From: Promethearchaeia archaeon
GTDB taxonomy: Archaea > Asgardarchaeota > Lokiarchaeia > Sigyniarchaeales > SOKP01
Reading direction: 5' to 3'
Length of the DNA stretch: 64,000 nucleotides
Assembly (NCBI GenBank): GCA_046483985.1
Contig: JAWOCD010000056.1
Span: 16,711-80,710, forward strand
The first letter of the stretch is position 1. Each line of letters opens with the position of its first letter. Below, piece after piece: positions 54,454-63,463 of the stretch. The notes under the pieces were generated by a model that was given only the letters and a program-made list of their open reading frames with translations, searched no databases and was not told the origin of the DNA. The position numbers and the translations under genes were made by a program.

Positions 54454-54824
54454 AATTTAAGGTAAGTAGTATTCGGATGTTAGAGAACGATCAAGCTCGC
54501 GAGTACACCTTCGGGGACGAAGAGTCCTTTCAAAAGAACTTAGCGATTGGATTAATTCATCCCGATGATTTTGAGGACCTCGGAATGACGAAAAGCTTGC
54601 CTCTTCATTTAAAAAATGAATTTGGGGAAGTAAACATATGGGTGAAAAGAGATGAGGGTGTCCCGAGAGGAAATATCTATATGCCAACCTCAATTTATTT
54701 TAACCAAATAAGCGGAGTGAAAAATGGAGAAATTGTCTATAAAAATGTAGAATGCGAGGCTCGTCCCACTCGTGATCAGCCATTAAAAAGGGAAAAATTA
54801 CTCGAAAAAATTAAAGAATCTTAA
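54450..54824 (+). CDS. fwdD: Formylmethanofuran dehydrogenase subunit D-like (molybdopterin dinucleotide-binding beta-barrel)
   Basis: 124 aa. The start overlaps the fwdB-like stop by 4 nt. HPDDFEDLGMTKSLPLHLKNEFGEVNIWVK...GNIYMP fits the FwdD/Molydop_binding pattern. Confidence 0.7.
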   Translation: MKFKVSSIRMLENDQAREYTFGDEESFQKNLAIGLIHPDDFEDLGMTKSLPLHLKNEFGEVNIWVKRDEGVPRGNIYMPTSIYFNQISGVKNGEIVYKNVECEARPTRDQPLKREKLLEKIKES

Positions 54825-54836
54825 AGGTGTTAAAAA

Positions 54837-56471
54837 ATGAGCAAACTAATAATAAAAAAAGGAACAGTTGTCGATCCTCTTAATGAAATTGAAGGGGAAA
54901 CTAAAGATATTTTAATAGAAGATGGCAAGATTGTAGAAAAGTTTTCAAATGAAAGCGATATAAAGGAAATTGATGCATCTGGTAAAACAGTTATACCTGC
55001 CGCAGTAGATACTCATACGAATGTTGCATCGCAGCAAGTAAACTGGGCACGATTATTAGGATCAGCAAATCAACAATTTAGGGAAACGTGGGGGGATTTT
55101 TCTCTTTCCACGATTTCACGGGATTATATTGCAAATGGGTATACATTTATATTGGAAACCAATGTTTTCCCCTCATTTGCAAAACAAACTCATTTAAATT
55201 TTCAATACTTACCCGTCTTGGATAAAGCAATATCATTAAATGTAAGTAATTTATGGGCTTTAGAATCCGAATACCAAAAAAATCATTATAAGCAAGCCGC
55301 AGTTTTTTTGGGGGATTTAGTGAAACGAACTAAAAGTTATGGGCTTAGCAGTATTAACCCCTTTGAAGCGGAAGAGTGGAATCTTAAGAACTTACGGGAA
55401 GACATCAAGCAGGAGGGTCGATTATATAACTTTTTAGGGATCGATGTTTATGAAACGCTCATAGAAGCAAATGAACAGTTGGGACTTCCCAATTCGGTTC
55501 AAGCTCATATAGAGGGTTATGAAGCATCTAACGCCAAAAATAATCTAAAAATTCTCCTTGACAAGGTTGAATCCTTGGAACTTGATTTTAGTGAACAAGC
55601 CGAACGAAGTCATATTGTTCAGATTATGGACGCTCCTTCGCTGAATACCGGTGAAAATAATGAAGAGTTTATCCAAGCAATAAATGGGTCAAACCGAATT
55701 AATATCGATTTAAGCGTGATAGGTTTTGACGAGATTAATCCCCTCATTACTTCAGATCGCAGGTTATATAATAAATATAATGAAACACAGGAAGTTATTC
55801 AATCTGGGATGGAAATGGAAGGAGATTTATTTGTTACTCTGAGAAAGTTTGATAAACAAGAAGCCCTCTTTTCCACATTATGGGCTAATGCAATCGATTT
55901 GGCCTTAAATATTGAAGATAAATGGAAGGTTCAATTATCCTATAGCTTTCCGAATTATAGTCATCCCAATAAAGCTCCCGAAATAGCGACATGGCTACTC
56001 AGTCCCAAAGCAAGAAAAAAATTCATTGATAAATTAAATCCAGAGGGTATTCTTGATTCGGTTAAAAAAAGCGATGATCGCTTAAGTTTTACAGAATATG
56101 TAATTATTACCAGAGCTGGACCAGCACAATCAATTGGACTGGGGGATATGAAAGGAAATCTCGGAATTGGAGCAGATGGCGATTTAAATATATTGGACCT
56201 GAATGTTACAGAAATTGATTTTTCTTCAGATTATGACAAGGTAAAAAGCGCCTTTGAAAATATCGAATGCGTGGTAAAAAGCGGGGAAATAGTCAAACAA
56301 GGTAAAACCATTGATCTCTCGACCAACGGTAAAATATTTTGGTCAGAAAGGACAGCTGGAGAGAGTAAATCCATTATGAGCAAGAAAAGGAAATTCTATG
56401 CTAAATTCGGAGCGAATTTTTATGATCAGTTATCAACAAAGGTTCCTGATGAGCTGTTAAGAAAGATTTAA
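54837..56471 (+). CDS. fwdA: Formylmethanofuran dehydrogenase subunit A-like amidohydrolase
   Basis: 544 aa. Has IIKKGTVVDPLNEIEGETKDILIEDGKIVE...IDASGKTVIPAAVDTHTN and a C-terminal KGNLGIGADGDLNILD, collinear with FwdA. The expected HxH motif reads H-T-N. Confidence 0.7.
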   Translation: MSKLIIKKGTVVDPLNEIEGETKDILIEDGKIVEKFSNESDIKEIDASGKTVIPAAVDTHTNVASQQVNWARLLGSANQQFRETWGDFSLSTISRDYIANGYTFILETNVFPSFAKQTHLNFQYLPVLDKAISLNVSNLWALESEYQKNHYKQAAVFLGDLVKRTKSYGLSSINPFEAEEWNLKNLREDIKQEGRLYNFLGIDVYETLIEANEQLGLPNSVQAHIEGYEASNAKNNLKILLDKVESLELDFSEQAERSHIVQIMDAPSLNTGENNEEFIQAINGSNRINIDLSVIGFDEINPLITSDRRLYNKYNETQEVIQSGMEMEGDLFVTLRKFDKQEALFSTLWANAIDLALNIEDKWKVQLSYSFPNYSHPNKAPEIATWLLSPKARKKFIDKLNPEGILDSVKKSDDRLSFTEYVIITRAGPAQSIGLGDMKGNLGIGADGDLNILDLNVTEIDFSSDYDKVKSAFENIECVVKSGEIVKQGKTIDLSTNGKIFWSERTAGESKSIMSKKRKFYAKFGANFYDQLSTKVPDELLRKI

Positions 56472-56534
56472 GGTCTAATTTTTTCATTTTTTTCTCCTAT
56501 TTTTTGAAATTTATGCCGCAGCTTCTCAGATTTT

Positions 56535-57116
56535 TTACTGTTTGTCAAGATAATAAATTGCGGGCAAATTCCGATATCGCTCATTAAAATCCAGCCCGTA
56601 TCCAACCAGAAATTTATTTGGTACTTTAAATCCTAAATAATCTATTTCAATATCTTTTTCTCTTCTTGCGGGTTTACTAGTTAAAGTACAGATATTAATG
56701 GATACAGGATTTCTCTGATTTAAATAATCTACCAAGAAATTCATAGTGATGCCCGTATCTATGATATCTTCTACGATAATTAAATGCCTTTCTTCAATGG
56801 TTTCCTCAATATCTTTTTCGATTTTAACCTCTCCACTGCTTTCTGTATCGCTGCCGTAACTTGACACTTCGATAAAGTTAATTTCCAAGTCCATTTCAAT
56901 TTGGCGCACAAGGTCTGCTAAAAAAATAAATGCACCTTGAAGTACTCCCAACAATAGAGGGTTTTTTCCTTGAAAATCGCGATAAATTTGATCCGCCAAT
57001 TCTTTTACTTTAGTTTTGATTTCTTCCTCGGAAATTAATATTTTTAGGTTTTGCGGGGATTTCATAGTTTGGTTTACCCTTTCAAGTAGCAATAATTGAT
57101 TCTCATATATTTTCAT
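56535..57116 (-). CDS. hpt: Hypoxanthine/guanine phosphoribosyltransferase
   Basis: 193 aa. Has the PRPP-binding motif LIIVEDIIDTGITM and the flanking Hpt-type blocks GVLQGAFIFLADL and VGYGLDFNERYRNLP. Confidence 0.85.
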   Translation of the reverse strand: MKIYENQLLLLERVNQTMKSPQNLKILISEEEIKTKVKELADQIYRDFQGKNPLLLGVLQGAFIFLADLVRQIEMDLEINFIEVSSYGSDTESSGEVKIEKDIEETIEERHLIIVEDIIDTGITMNFLVDYLNQRNPVSINICTLTSKPARREKDIEIDYLGFKVPNKFLVGYGLDFNERYRNLPAIYYLDKQ

Positions 57117-57129
57117 TTAATTGAATTCT

Positions 57130-57157
57130 ACAATATACAATACACAATACACAATAT
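57130..57157. repeat. 4 x heptamer tandem repeat ACAATAY
   Basis: acaatat acaatac acaatac acaatat lies 14-41 bp upstream of the hpt start codon. Confidence 0.8.
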
Positions 57158-57460
57158 CCTCTATAATCTTTTGTTTTCCATTTAAATATCAAGGAATTAT
57201 GAAATATGAGTAATATTGGGAATATCTTAAATTGGTCAAACCTTTGATCTTCTTATCCATTTATTTTATAGGAAATCTTGAAAATAAAGACTGTTTCCCC
57301 AAGATTTAATTAAAAGGTGAGAAATCAATATCAGCCTTCTTATGGAGGATATCTGCAAGAATCTAAAAACAAGTTAAAAGGGCAATCCTAATATGTCTTA
57401 GATTGCCCAATAGTCTTTTTTTCTAGTTTGGAAAATGAAAAACAGATTTGAAATTCCAAG

Positions 57461-58699
57461 TTAATAACTAAAGGATTTTAACTTTTCTACAGTGGTATAC
57501 ATATTTTTTCCGCTCTTGCGCAAATAGTCCATTGCATCTTCGATTCCCTCAACAGTTAGATCAAAAGTAGGGATGATACTACTAATCACTTTCCGCGTCC
57601 ACGGGAGCCAATCGAAGCGAAGTATTTCCGGATTTAACCAAACAATATGATTGCGAAAATGTTGTTCCAATTGTTTGATATAATAAATTCCGGGCATCTC
57701 GTTCCGATGGTAATAATAAATTGACCCGTACTTTGCGGTGAGCTCATAACTTGCCATCGCTTGATCTCCTACACAGACAACGCGGTAGGAGTTGTCATAT
57801 TTTCTGAGGAATTCATCAAACTTAATAGACTCCTCCGACCTTCTTTGCGCAGTTTCGAATAATTTTTCATAAATACAATTGTGGAAGTAATAATGTTCGA
57901 AATCCTTCCAGTGAGACATTTGATTGGCAGCCGAAAAAAGGCGATTTACCAAATGAGCGTATGGATCCATTGATCCGCCCACATCCATAAGGAGTAATAA
58001 TTTTACATTATTCTTTCGTTTTTTGCGAAAGACAAGTTCGATATCCCCCCCATTCTTACAGGTCTTGTCAATGGTCTCATCCAAATCGAGCTCATCTTCT
58101 TTCCCGATTTCGTCCAACTTTCTTAAACGTTTTAGTGCCACTTTTATTTGTCTGGTGTCCAACACAATATCTTTTCGATAATTTTGAAATACGCGTTCAT
58201 GGGCTATTTGAATGGCCGTTCTCATTCCTGAGCTTCCGCCAACCCGCATCCCCATCGGATTCCTTCCGCCGTGTCCAAACTCTGAAGTCCCACCAGTACC
58301 TATCCACTGGGAGCCAAGGTTATGCTCCTCATCTTGTCGTTTTAATAAATCCTCGAAATGTTGCTGCATTCCTGCAAGGTCAAATTCTCCCAAAACATCT
58401 TGGAATTCTTCAGGAAATCTCTCCACTTCTTCGGGGTTTATATCCTTTTCCAACCAGTCCCAAATTTGCTTTTTTATTTCCCCGGGAAAATTCAAATGGG
58501 CATCCTTAAAAAAATTCGCAAACGCTACATCATAAACATCAAACAAATGCTCATTCTTGCATAAAATGGAGCGGGAGATATAATAAAATTGGACCATATT
58601 TCTAATTAAGCCCTTATCTAAGGCTTCTAACAGCGTCAGATATTCATGGACGCTTACCGGCAATCTCTCACGTAAGTAATAAAAATAATCAATAAACAT
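57461..58699 (-). CDS. vWA domain-containing CoxE-like protein
   Basis: 412 aa. The N-terminus FIDYFYYLRERLPVSVHEYLTLLEAL is typical of the CoxE-like family. The C-terminal vWA domain has LLLLMDVGGSM. It is the partner of the upstream MoxR gene. Confidence 0.75.
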   Translation of the reverse strand: MFIDYFYYLRERLPVSVHEYLTLLEALDKGLIRNMVQFYYISRSILCKNEHLFDVYDVAFANFFKDAHLNFPGEIKKQIWDWLEKDINPEEVERFPEEFQDVLGEFDLAGMQQHFEDLLKRQDEEHNLGSQWIGTGGTSEFGHGGRNPMGMRVGGSSGMRTAIQIAHERVFQNYRKDIVLDTRQIKVALKRLRKLDEIGKEDELDLDETIDKTCKNGGDIELVFRKKRKNNVKLLLLMDVGGSMDPYAHLVNRLFSAANQMSHWKDFEHYYFHNCIYEKLFETAQRRSEESIKFDEFLRKYDNSYRVVCVGDQAMASYELTAKYGSIYYYHRNEMPGIYYIKQLEQHFRNHIVWLNPEILRFDWLPWTRKVISSIIPTFDLTVEGIEDAMDYLRKSGKNMYTTVEKLKSFSY

Positions 58700-58722
58700 T
58701 TGTTTTATATAAAGAATATTTT

Positions 58723-59577
58723 TTAAATGGGGAACTTAACCTTTTTAAGTGCTAGGTCAAGATCACGCTCTTTTTTGATTAACACACCAAGGAATGGGAT
58801 TTCTTTCTTTAACTCTTCGATTGAAATGCCACTTTTCAACAATACACCGATCCAATCCAGTAATTCAGAAGTGGAAGGCATCTTACGTAGCTGGGTAATC
58901 GCTCTTAACTTGTAGAATGATTCCAAACATTGTTTTAAGAGGTTCTGCTTTAAGTTGGGATAATGAATGTTACAGATATCAGCCATGAAGTCTTTGTCCG
59001 GAAATTCGATGTAATGGAACACACATCTTCGCAAGAACGCATCCGGTAGTTCCTTTTCGTTATTGGATGTAATAATAACAATCGGTCGCGTCTTGGCCTT
59101 CACAAATTCATCGGTTTCTTTAATATAGAATTCCATTTGGTCTAATTCTTGAAGCAAGTCATTTGGAAATTCAATATCGGCTTTGTCGATCTCATCTATT
59201 AGAAGAACCACTTGTTCCTCTGAGAGGAAGGCTTGACCTAATGGTCCGTATGAAATATAATCCTTGATATTGTTTACGTCTCTCTCGTCACTGCCAAATC
59301 GACTATCATTTAGCCGTTGAACGGTGTCATATTTATAACAGCCGTCAATGGCTTCTGTCGTGCTCTTAATGTTCCATACAATAAGTTCCTTGTCTAAAGC
59401 TTCTGCTACAGCATGTGCTAATAGGGTTTTTCCTGTCCCTGGCTCTCCCTTGACAAGAAGTGGACGCTCTAAGGCAATAGCTGTATTAACTATGTTCCTC
59501 AAGTTCGGATCCGCGATGTACTTCACGTTCTCCGTATTTACATTTCCTTGGAACTTATCAAATGTATATTTGCTCAT
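58723..59577 (-). CDS. MoxR/CoxD-like AAA+ ATPase
   Basis: 284 aa. Has Walker A GEPGTGKT, Walker B VVLLIDEIDKA, and LLRRCVFHYIEFP, typical of the MoxR subfamily. Confidence 0.9.
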   Translation of the reverse strand: MSKYTFDKFQGNVNTENVKYIADPNLRNIVNTAIALERPLLVKGEPGTGKTLLAHAVAEALDKELIVWNIKSTTEAIDGCYKYDTVQRLNDSRFGSDERDVNNIKDYISYGPLGQAFLSEEQVVLLIDEIDKADIEFPNDLLQELDQMEFYIKETDEFVKAKTRPIVIITSNNEKELPDAFLRRCVFHYIEFPDKDFMADICNIHYPNLKQNLLKQCLESFYKLRAITQLRKMPSTSELLDWIGVLLKSGISIEELKKEIPFLGVLIKKERDLDLALKKVKFPI

Positions 59578-59770
59578 AATTCTTAAAATGAATAAAAAAT
59601 TATATATTTTTTCGATTAATTGCCCATAGTATAGTCTTTTAGAAAAACTTTTTTACATTTTTAAATCTGTCTTTTCTAAGTTACAACAACGTTTAAGTTT
59701 AGTATAGCCCAACGAATTCGATGTGTGACACATTCTAGAATCTCGAAGGATGATATTGAATATGCGGTTT

Positions 59771-59828
59771 GAACTACCACGCTCTAAAGGGCGGTGGATT
59801 CGTGCTCCCTAATGTGCGGTTCTCACGC
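59771..59828. repeat. Conserved non-coding hairpin element, type A copy 2 (B)
   Basis: gaactaCCACgctctaaagggcgGTGGattcgtgctccctaatgtgcggttctcacgc aligns with 12221-12275. It lies just 3' of the MFS gene. Confidence 0.6.
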
Positions 59829-59879
59829 GATTTAAGAACTAAATAAACCTTGAAATGGATTTTAGGAGTAATTCCAGAT

Positions 59880-61064
59880 TCATCTCAGATCTGACAGAAA
59901 GGTAATACTCGCCCAAAGAGCACTTAAAACTCCTACCGCTATGAATACAATATTCAAGTTGGTAAATACCAAAGATAAACCAATCAAGATCGGTGCGGCG
60001 GTCATCCCAATATATTTCAAGGTGTTGAAAACCGAGATCACCGCACCTCTAAGTTCAGATGGTGCTAATTTGGTCACGCGGTTATATATTGTGGGAGAAA
60101 CTAAGCCCATCCCTAATCCATAAATGATGAAACTGAAACAAATCAAATAACTCCCTTTGGACCAATATGGTAGCATCAAAAAGCTTGCACTTATAAGGGC
60201 GAAGCCGAGAGCTGCTCGCTTTCGCCAATTTAGATGATCTGCTATAAAACTCGCTCTCGAAGCCAGCAGGGCTGAAAAAACCGCTTGGCCAGAAAGAGCT
60301 AAACCGCTGAATAATTCATCAAAACCATGGGTCTGTATGAGATATATCGGCAAATAAGTCACCAGCGCATAAAGAAGAAAGTAAAGTGCAAAAGAATGTA
60401 TCATAATATTCCGGATTTTTTTTATCTTCAATGTCACAAAGAGAGAGGACACATATTCGAAGGGAGTCACGAACTCAGATTCTATTAACTCTTGTTTAGA
60501 ACGGGTTTCCGGAAGGTTAAAGAGCAAAAATACAGCTAAAAATATCGAGAAACCGTAGACCGCGAAAACAAACCTCCAATCTATTGAGGCGAGCGTTCCA
60601 CCGATAAAAGGAATAATAACGGCAGCAACGGAAATGGCCCCCGAAAGATAACCCATAAGTTGGAGCCTTTTATCCCCTGAAAAAAGATCACCGAATACCG
60701 TCATAACTACAGGTATTAACCCTGCAATGCCAATACCTTGTATGAATCTGAGGAGAAGGAGGAGAAAAAAATTTGGAGCAAACATAATCGCCAACCCAGT
60801 CCCCCCATCAATAAGGAGGCAAGCAATCCCAACCTTTCTGCGCCCTATTGAATCGATGAGATACCCGATGATCGGAAGACTGATCGCCGCCGAGAGAGTA
60901 TAGAGGCTCAAGACCATACCAATCAGTTCTTCTGGGGCGTCGAATGCAGCACCAATAGTGGGCAAACCAGGGGCTACCAATCCTCCACCCATCACCCCGA
61001 AAGCTCCCATCAAGATGAGGATAATCACCATAAATTTGGAAACGTTTCCCTTATTCATTCGCAT
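59880..61064 (-). CDS. MFS transporter (drug/H+ antiporter-like)
   Basis: 394 aa with about 12 TM helices. Has the motif-A-like GYLIDSIGRRKV after TM2. Confidence 0.8.
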   Translation of the reverse strand: MRMNKGNVSKFMVIILILMGAFGVMGGGLVAPGLPTIGAAFDAPEELIGMVLSLYTLSAAISLPIIGYLIDSIGRRKVGIACLLIDGGTGLAIMFAPNFFLLLLLRFIQGIGIAGLIPVVMTVFGDLFSGDKRLQLMGYLSGAISVAAVIIPFIGGTLASIDWRFVFAVYGFSIFLAVFLLFNLPETRSKQELIESEFVTPFEYVSSLFVTLKIKKIRNIMIHSFALYFLLYALVTYLPIYLIQTHGFDELFSGLALSGQAVFSALLASRASFIADHLNWRKRAALGFALISASFLMLPYWSKGSYLICFSFIIYGLGMGLVSPTIYNRVTKLAPSELRGAVISVFNTLKYIGMTAAPILIGLSLVFTNLNIVFIAVGVLSALWASITFLSDLR

Positions 61065-61106
61065 AATCCTTACTCCCTTTGTAATATAGGTTTTTTGTTG
61101 ATTTGT

Positions 61107-61207
61107 ATATAGAGTTTTCGTTATTTAAGTTTTTTGATTAATGCGATTCTTAGGCTAAAATTAGTTGGCCTAAACGACTGGGTATTCTTTTGCCTTTAAT
61201 GATAAAA
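61107..61207. repeat. Conserved non-coding hairpin element, type C copy 3
   Basis: Aligns with 12349-12474 except for a ~13-nt deletion. The inner hairpin is agttg-gcctaaa-cgact (61163-61179). The tail ggtattcttttgcctttaatgat is identical to copy 1. Confidence 0.65.
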
Positions 61208-61273
61208 AATATTATAATTAAATGATTATAGTTCTTATTACTAATTGTAATAATAATTTGAAATGGATTCAAT

Positions 61274-63382
61274 ATGACCGAAAAGTATACCCAAGACGAA
61301 TTGGTAAACTTGCCGTTTATGGATAGTAACAAGGACTTGGAGGAGCGAGTAGAGGATTTATTACAGCGGCTCACATTACATGAAAAAATGTCAATGTTAG
61401 CGGGATATACCCGCTTCTCTACCTTTCCAATCAAGCGCTTAAGTGTCCCCGAATTTGGGATGACCGATGGGCCTCATGGTGTTTGTTCCCATTCTGCGTT
61501 CGGCACGGAAAATACCTATTTTCCAGCAGCAATTACGTTAGCTGCATCATGGAATCCCGATTTAGCGTATAAATATGGGGAGAGTCTTGGTGAGGAAACT
61601 CGTGCGGTAGGGCGGCATTGCATCTTGGCTCCCGGTATAAATATCCATCGGACACCGCTTTGTGGAAGATCCTTCGAATATTTCACCGAAGACCCATTTT
61701 TGAACGAAAAACTGGTCGTCCCTCTTATTAAAGGGATTCAGAGTAAACGTATTGCCGCATGCGTAAAACATTTTATCTGCAATAATACTGAAAAACGACG
61801 ACGATTCAGTAATTCTATCGTAGATAAGCGAGCATTAGAGGAAATATATTTTCCCGGCTTTAAAGCGGCAATTGAGGAGGGAGACGCATGGGTAGTTATG
61901 GGTTCGTATAATAAAGTAAACGGGCAATATGTGTATGAGAAAAAGAATTTATTGAAGGATAAATTGCAAAACGAATGGGGGTTCAGAGGTTTTGTGGTTT
62001 CAGACTGGAAAGCAACGCATTCCGTGAATGATCCAGCTAGGTGTATTAAGGCAGGATTCTCTCTTGAAATGCCGGAAGACTTTGTCTATCAAAAAGAGAA
62101 AGTGCGAAAGGCGTTTGAAAATGGGGAGTTTTCCGAAGATGATTTAGATGGCGTTATTAAACCAATGTTACGAGTTTTTTTCTTGGTGGGATTGTTTGAT
62201 GAAAAAGAAAAGATTCCCAATGGGAGCCGTAATACAGAAGCCCATCTTCAAGTTGCTCGTGAAATAATAGAAGAAGGGGCAGTCTTATTAAAGAATGAAA
62301 AGAAACAACTTCCCTTACAAGAAGAGGAGATTAAAAAAATTTGTGTAAACGGGAAGATGGCAGATTATGTCCCATTTTTCAAGTCAATTGGTGGCAGCTC
62401 GGCAGTTCATCCTCCCTTTTGGAATACTCCCTTAGATGCTTTTAAAGAACGGCTCGGAAAGGAGGAAATATTTGTCGATGACCCCGCAGAAGCAGATGTG
62501 GTGATTCATATAACTGGGATTACCCATTGGTTTCGGTACGATTCAGAAGGAAGTGATAGAGAACAGCTTTCCATGCCAGATAAGCGAATTAAAAAGATTA
62601 AAGAAGTCACTGAACAGAATCCAAATACAATCGTAGTGTTATATAACGGAAGCCCTCTCCAAATGACGGAGTGGATTGATCGAGTTCCGGCGGTCTTGGA
62701 AGTATGGCAACCACATCAGGTTGCTGGGGATGCTATTGTAAATTTGATATTCGGCGATGCGACCCCTTCGGGCAAGCTCCCAACTACCTTCCCAAAAAAG
62801 TTGGCAGATTCTCCCGCACATCAGTCTAAAAAATCCTACCCCGATTTTCATTACTCCTATATTGATAACTTGAAGCATGAATGGTGGTATGTTAGCCCGA
62901 AACGAGTAGATAAAGCCAAGCCCATAGATGTCCTCTATGAAGAGGGTATTTATGTAGGATATCGATATTTTGATGAAGAAAACATTGAGCCCCTATTCCC
63001 ATTCGGGTATGGGTTATCTTATACCCAATTTGATTATATTGAATTGGTATTAGATAAATCGGAAATGTCAGAAGGGGAAAGTATGACTCTAAAAATAAAA
63101 GTGAAGAATGCCGGCGACTATCCCGGAGACGAGGTTGTCCAAGTATATGCTTATCAAAAGGAAAGTAAAATCGATAGACCGCCTAAAGAATTAGTGGGGT
63201 TTGGACGGGTGCATTTAGAACCGGGGCAAGTCGACCGAGTAAAGATTACTGTGAATGCCGATGATTTAGCATATTATGACCCAGAAAAAGGGAAATGGAT
63301 GTTAGAAGGCGGCGAATACAAGCTTCTAATAGGTTCTTCCTCACGAGAGATCAAAATGGAGTCTACCGTCGTTATAAAATAG
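61274..63382 (+). CDS. Glycoside hydrolase family 3 (beta-glucosidase/beta-xylosidase-like)
   Basis: 702 aa. Has KHFICNN, the catalytic nucleophile block GFVVSDWKA, a C-terminal fibronectin-like domain (EVVQVY...LVGF.RV.L.PG) and FPFGYGLSYT. Confidence 0.9.
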   Translation: MTEKYTQDELVNLPFMDSNKDLEERVEDLLQRLTLHEKMSMLAGYTRFSTFPIKRLSVPEFGMTDGPHGVCSHSAFGTENTYFPAAITLAASWNPDLAYKYGESLGEETRAVGRHCILAPGINIHRTPLCGRSFEYFTEDPFLNEKLVVPLIKGIQSKRIAACVKHFICNNTEKRRRFSNSIVDKRALEEIYFPGFKAAIEEGDAWVVMGSYNKVNGQYVYEKKNLLKDKLQNEWGFRGFVVSDWKATHSVNDPARCIKAGFSLEMPEDFVYQKEKVRKAFENGEFSEDDLDGVIKPMLRVFFLVGLFDEKEKIPNGSRNTEAHLQVAREIIEEGAVLLKNEKKQLPLQEEEIKKICVNGKMADYVPFFKSIGGSSAVHPPFWNTPLDAFKERLGKEEIFVDDPAEADVVIHITGITHWFRYDSEGSDREQLSMPDKRIKKIKEVTEQNPNTIVVLYNGSPLQMTEWIDRVPAVLEVWQPHQVAGDAIVNLIFGDATPSGKLPTTFPKKLADSPAHQSKKSYPDFHYSYIDNLKHEWWYVSPKRVDKAKPIDVLYEEGIYVGYRYFDEENIEPLFPFGYGLSYTQFDYIELVLDKSEMSEGESMTLKIKVKNAGDYPGDEVVQVYAYQKESKIDRPPKELVGFGRVHLEPGQVDRVKITVNADDLAYYDPEKGKWMLEGGEYKLLIGSSSREIKMESTVVIK

Positions 63383-63463
63383 TTAACTTAGCTAACTTAA
63401 GAGATCAAGACGATAAAAAATTAAAGATAATAAATCAGCCTTGCTAAAGAGAGAATTCAAACC

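Noticed and set aside
58135-58564. Three overlapping plus-strand ORFs (124, 107 and 68 aa)
   Set aside because: All lie antisense within the well-supported CoxE-like vWA gene. The same reasoning applies to other shadow ORFs: 10274-10591, 13273-13512, 14803-15030, 15696-16298, 16739-17161, 29951-30952, 32319-33506, 44888-45163, 49365-49658, 49981-50313, 51394-51885 and 53493-54368.
57461-59577. MoxR ATPase plus vWA protein as a novel defence or chaperone system
   Set aside because: MoxR with a CoxE-like vWA partner is a widespread, well-known gene pair. Nothing unusual was seen in sequence or context.
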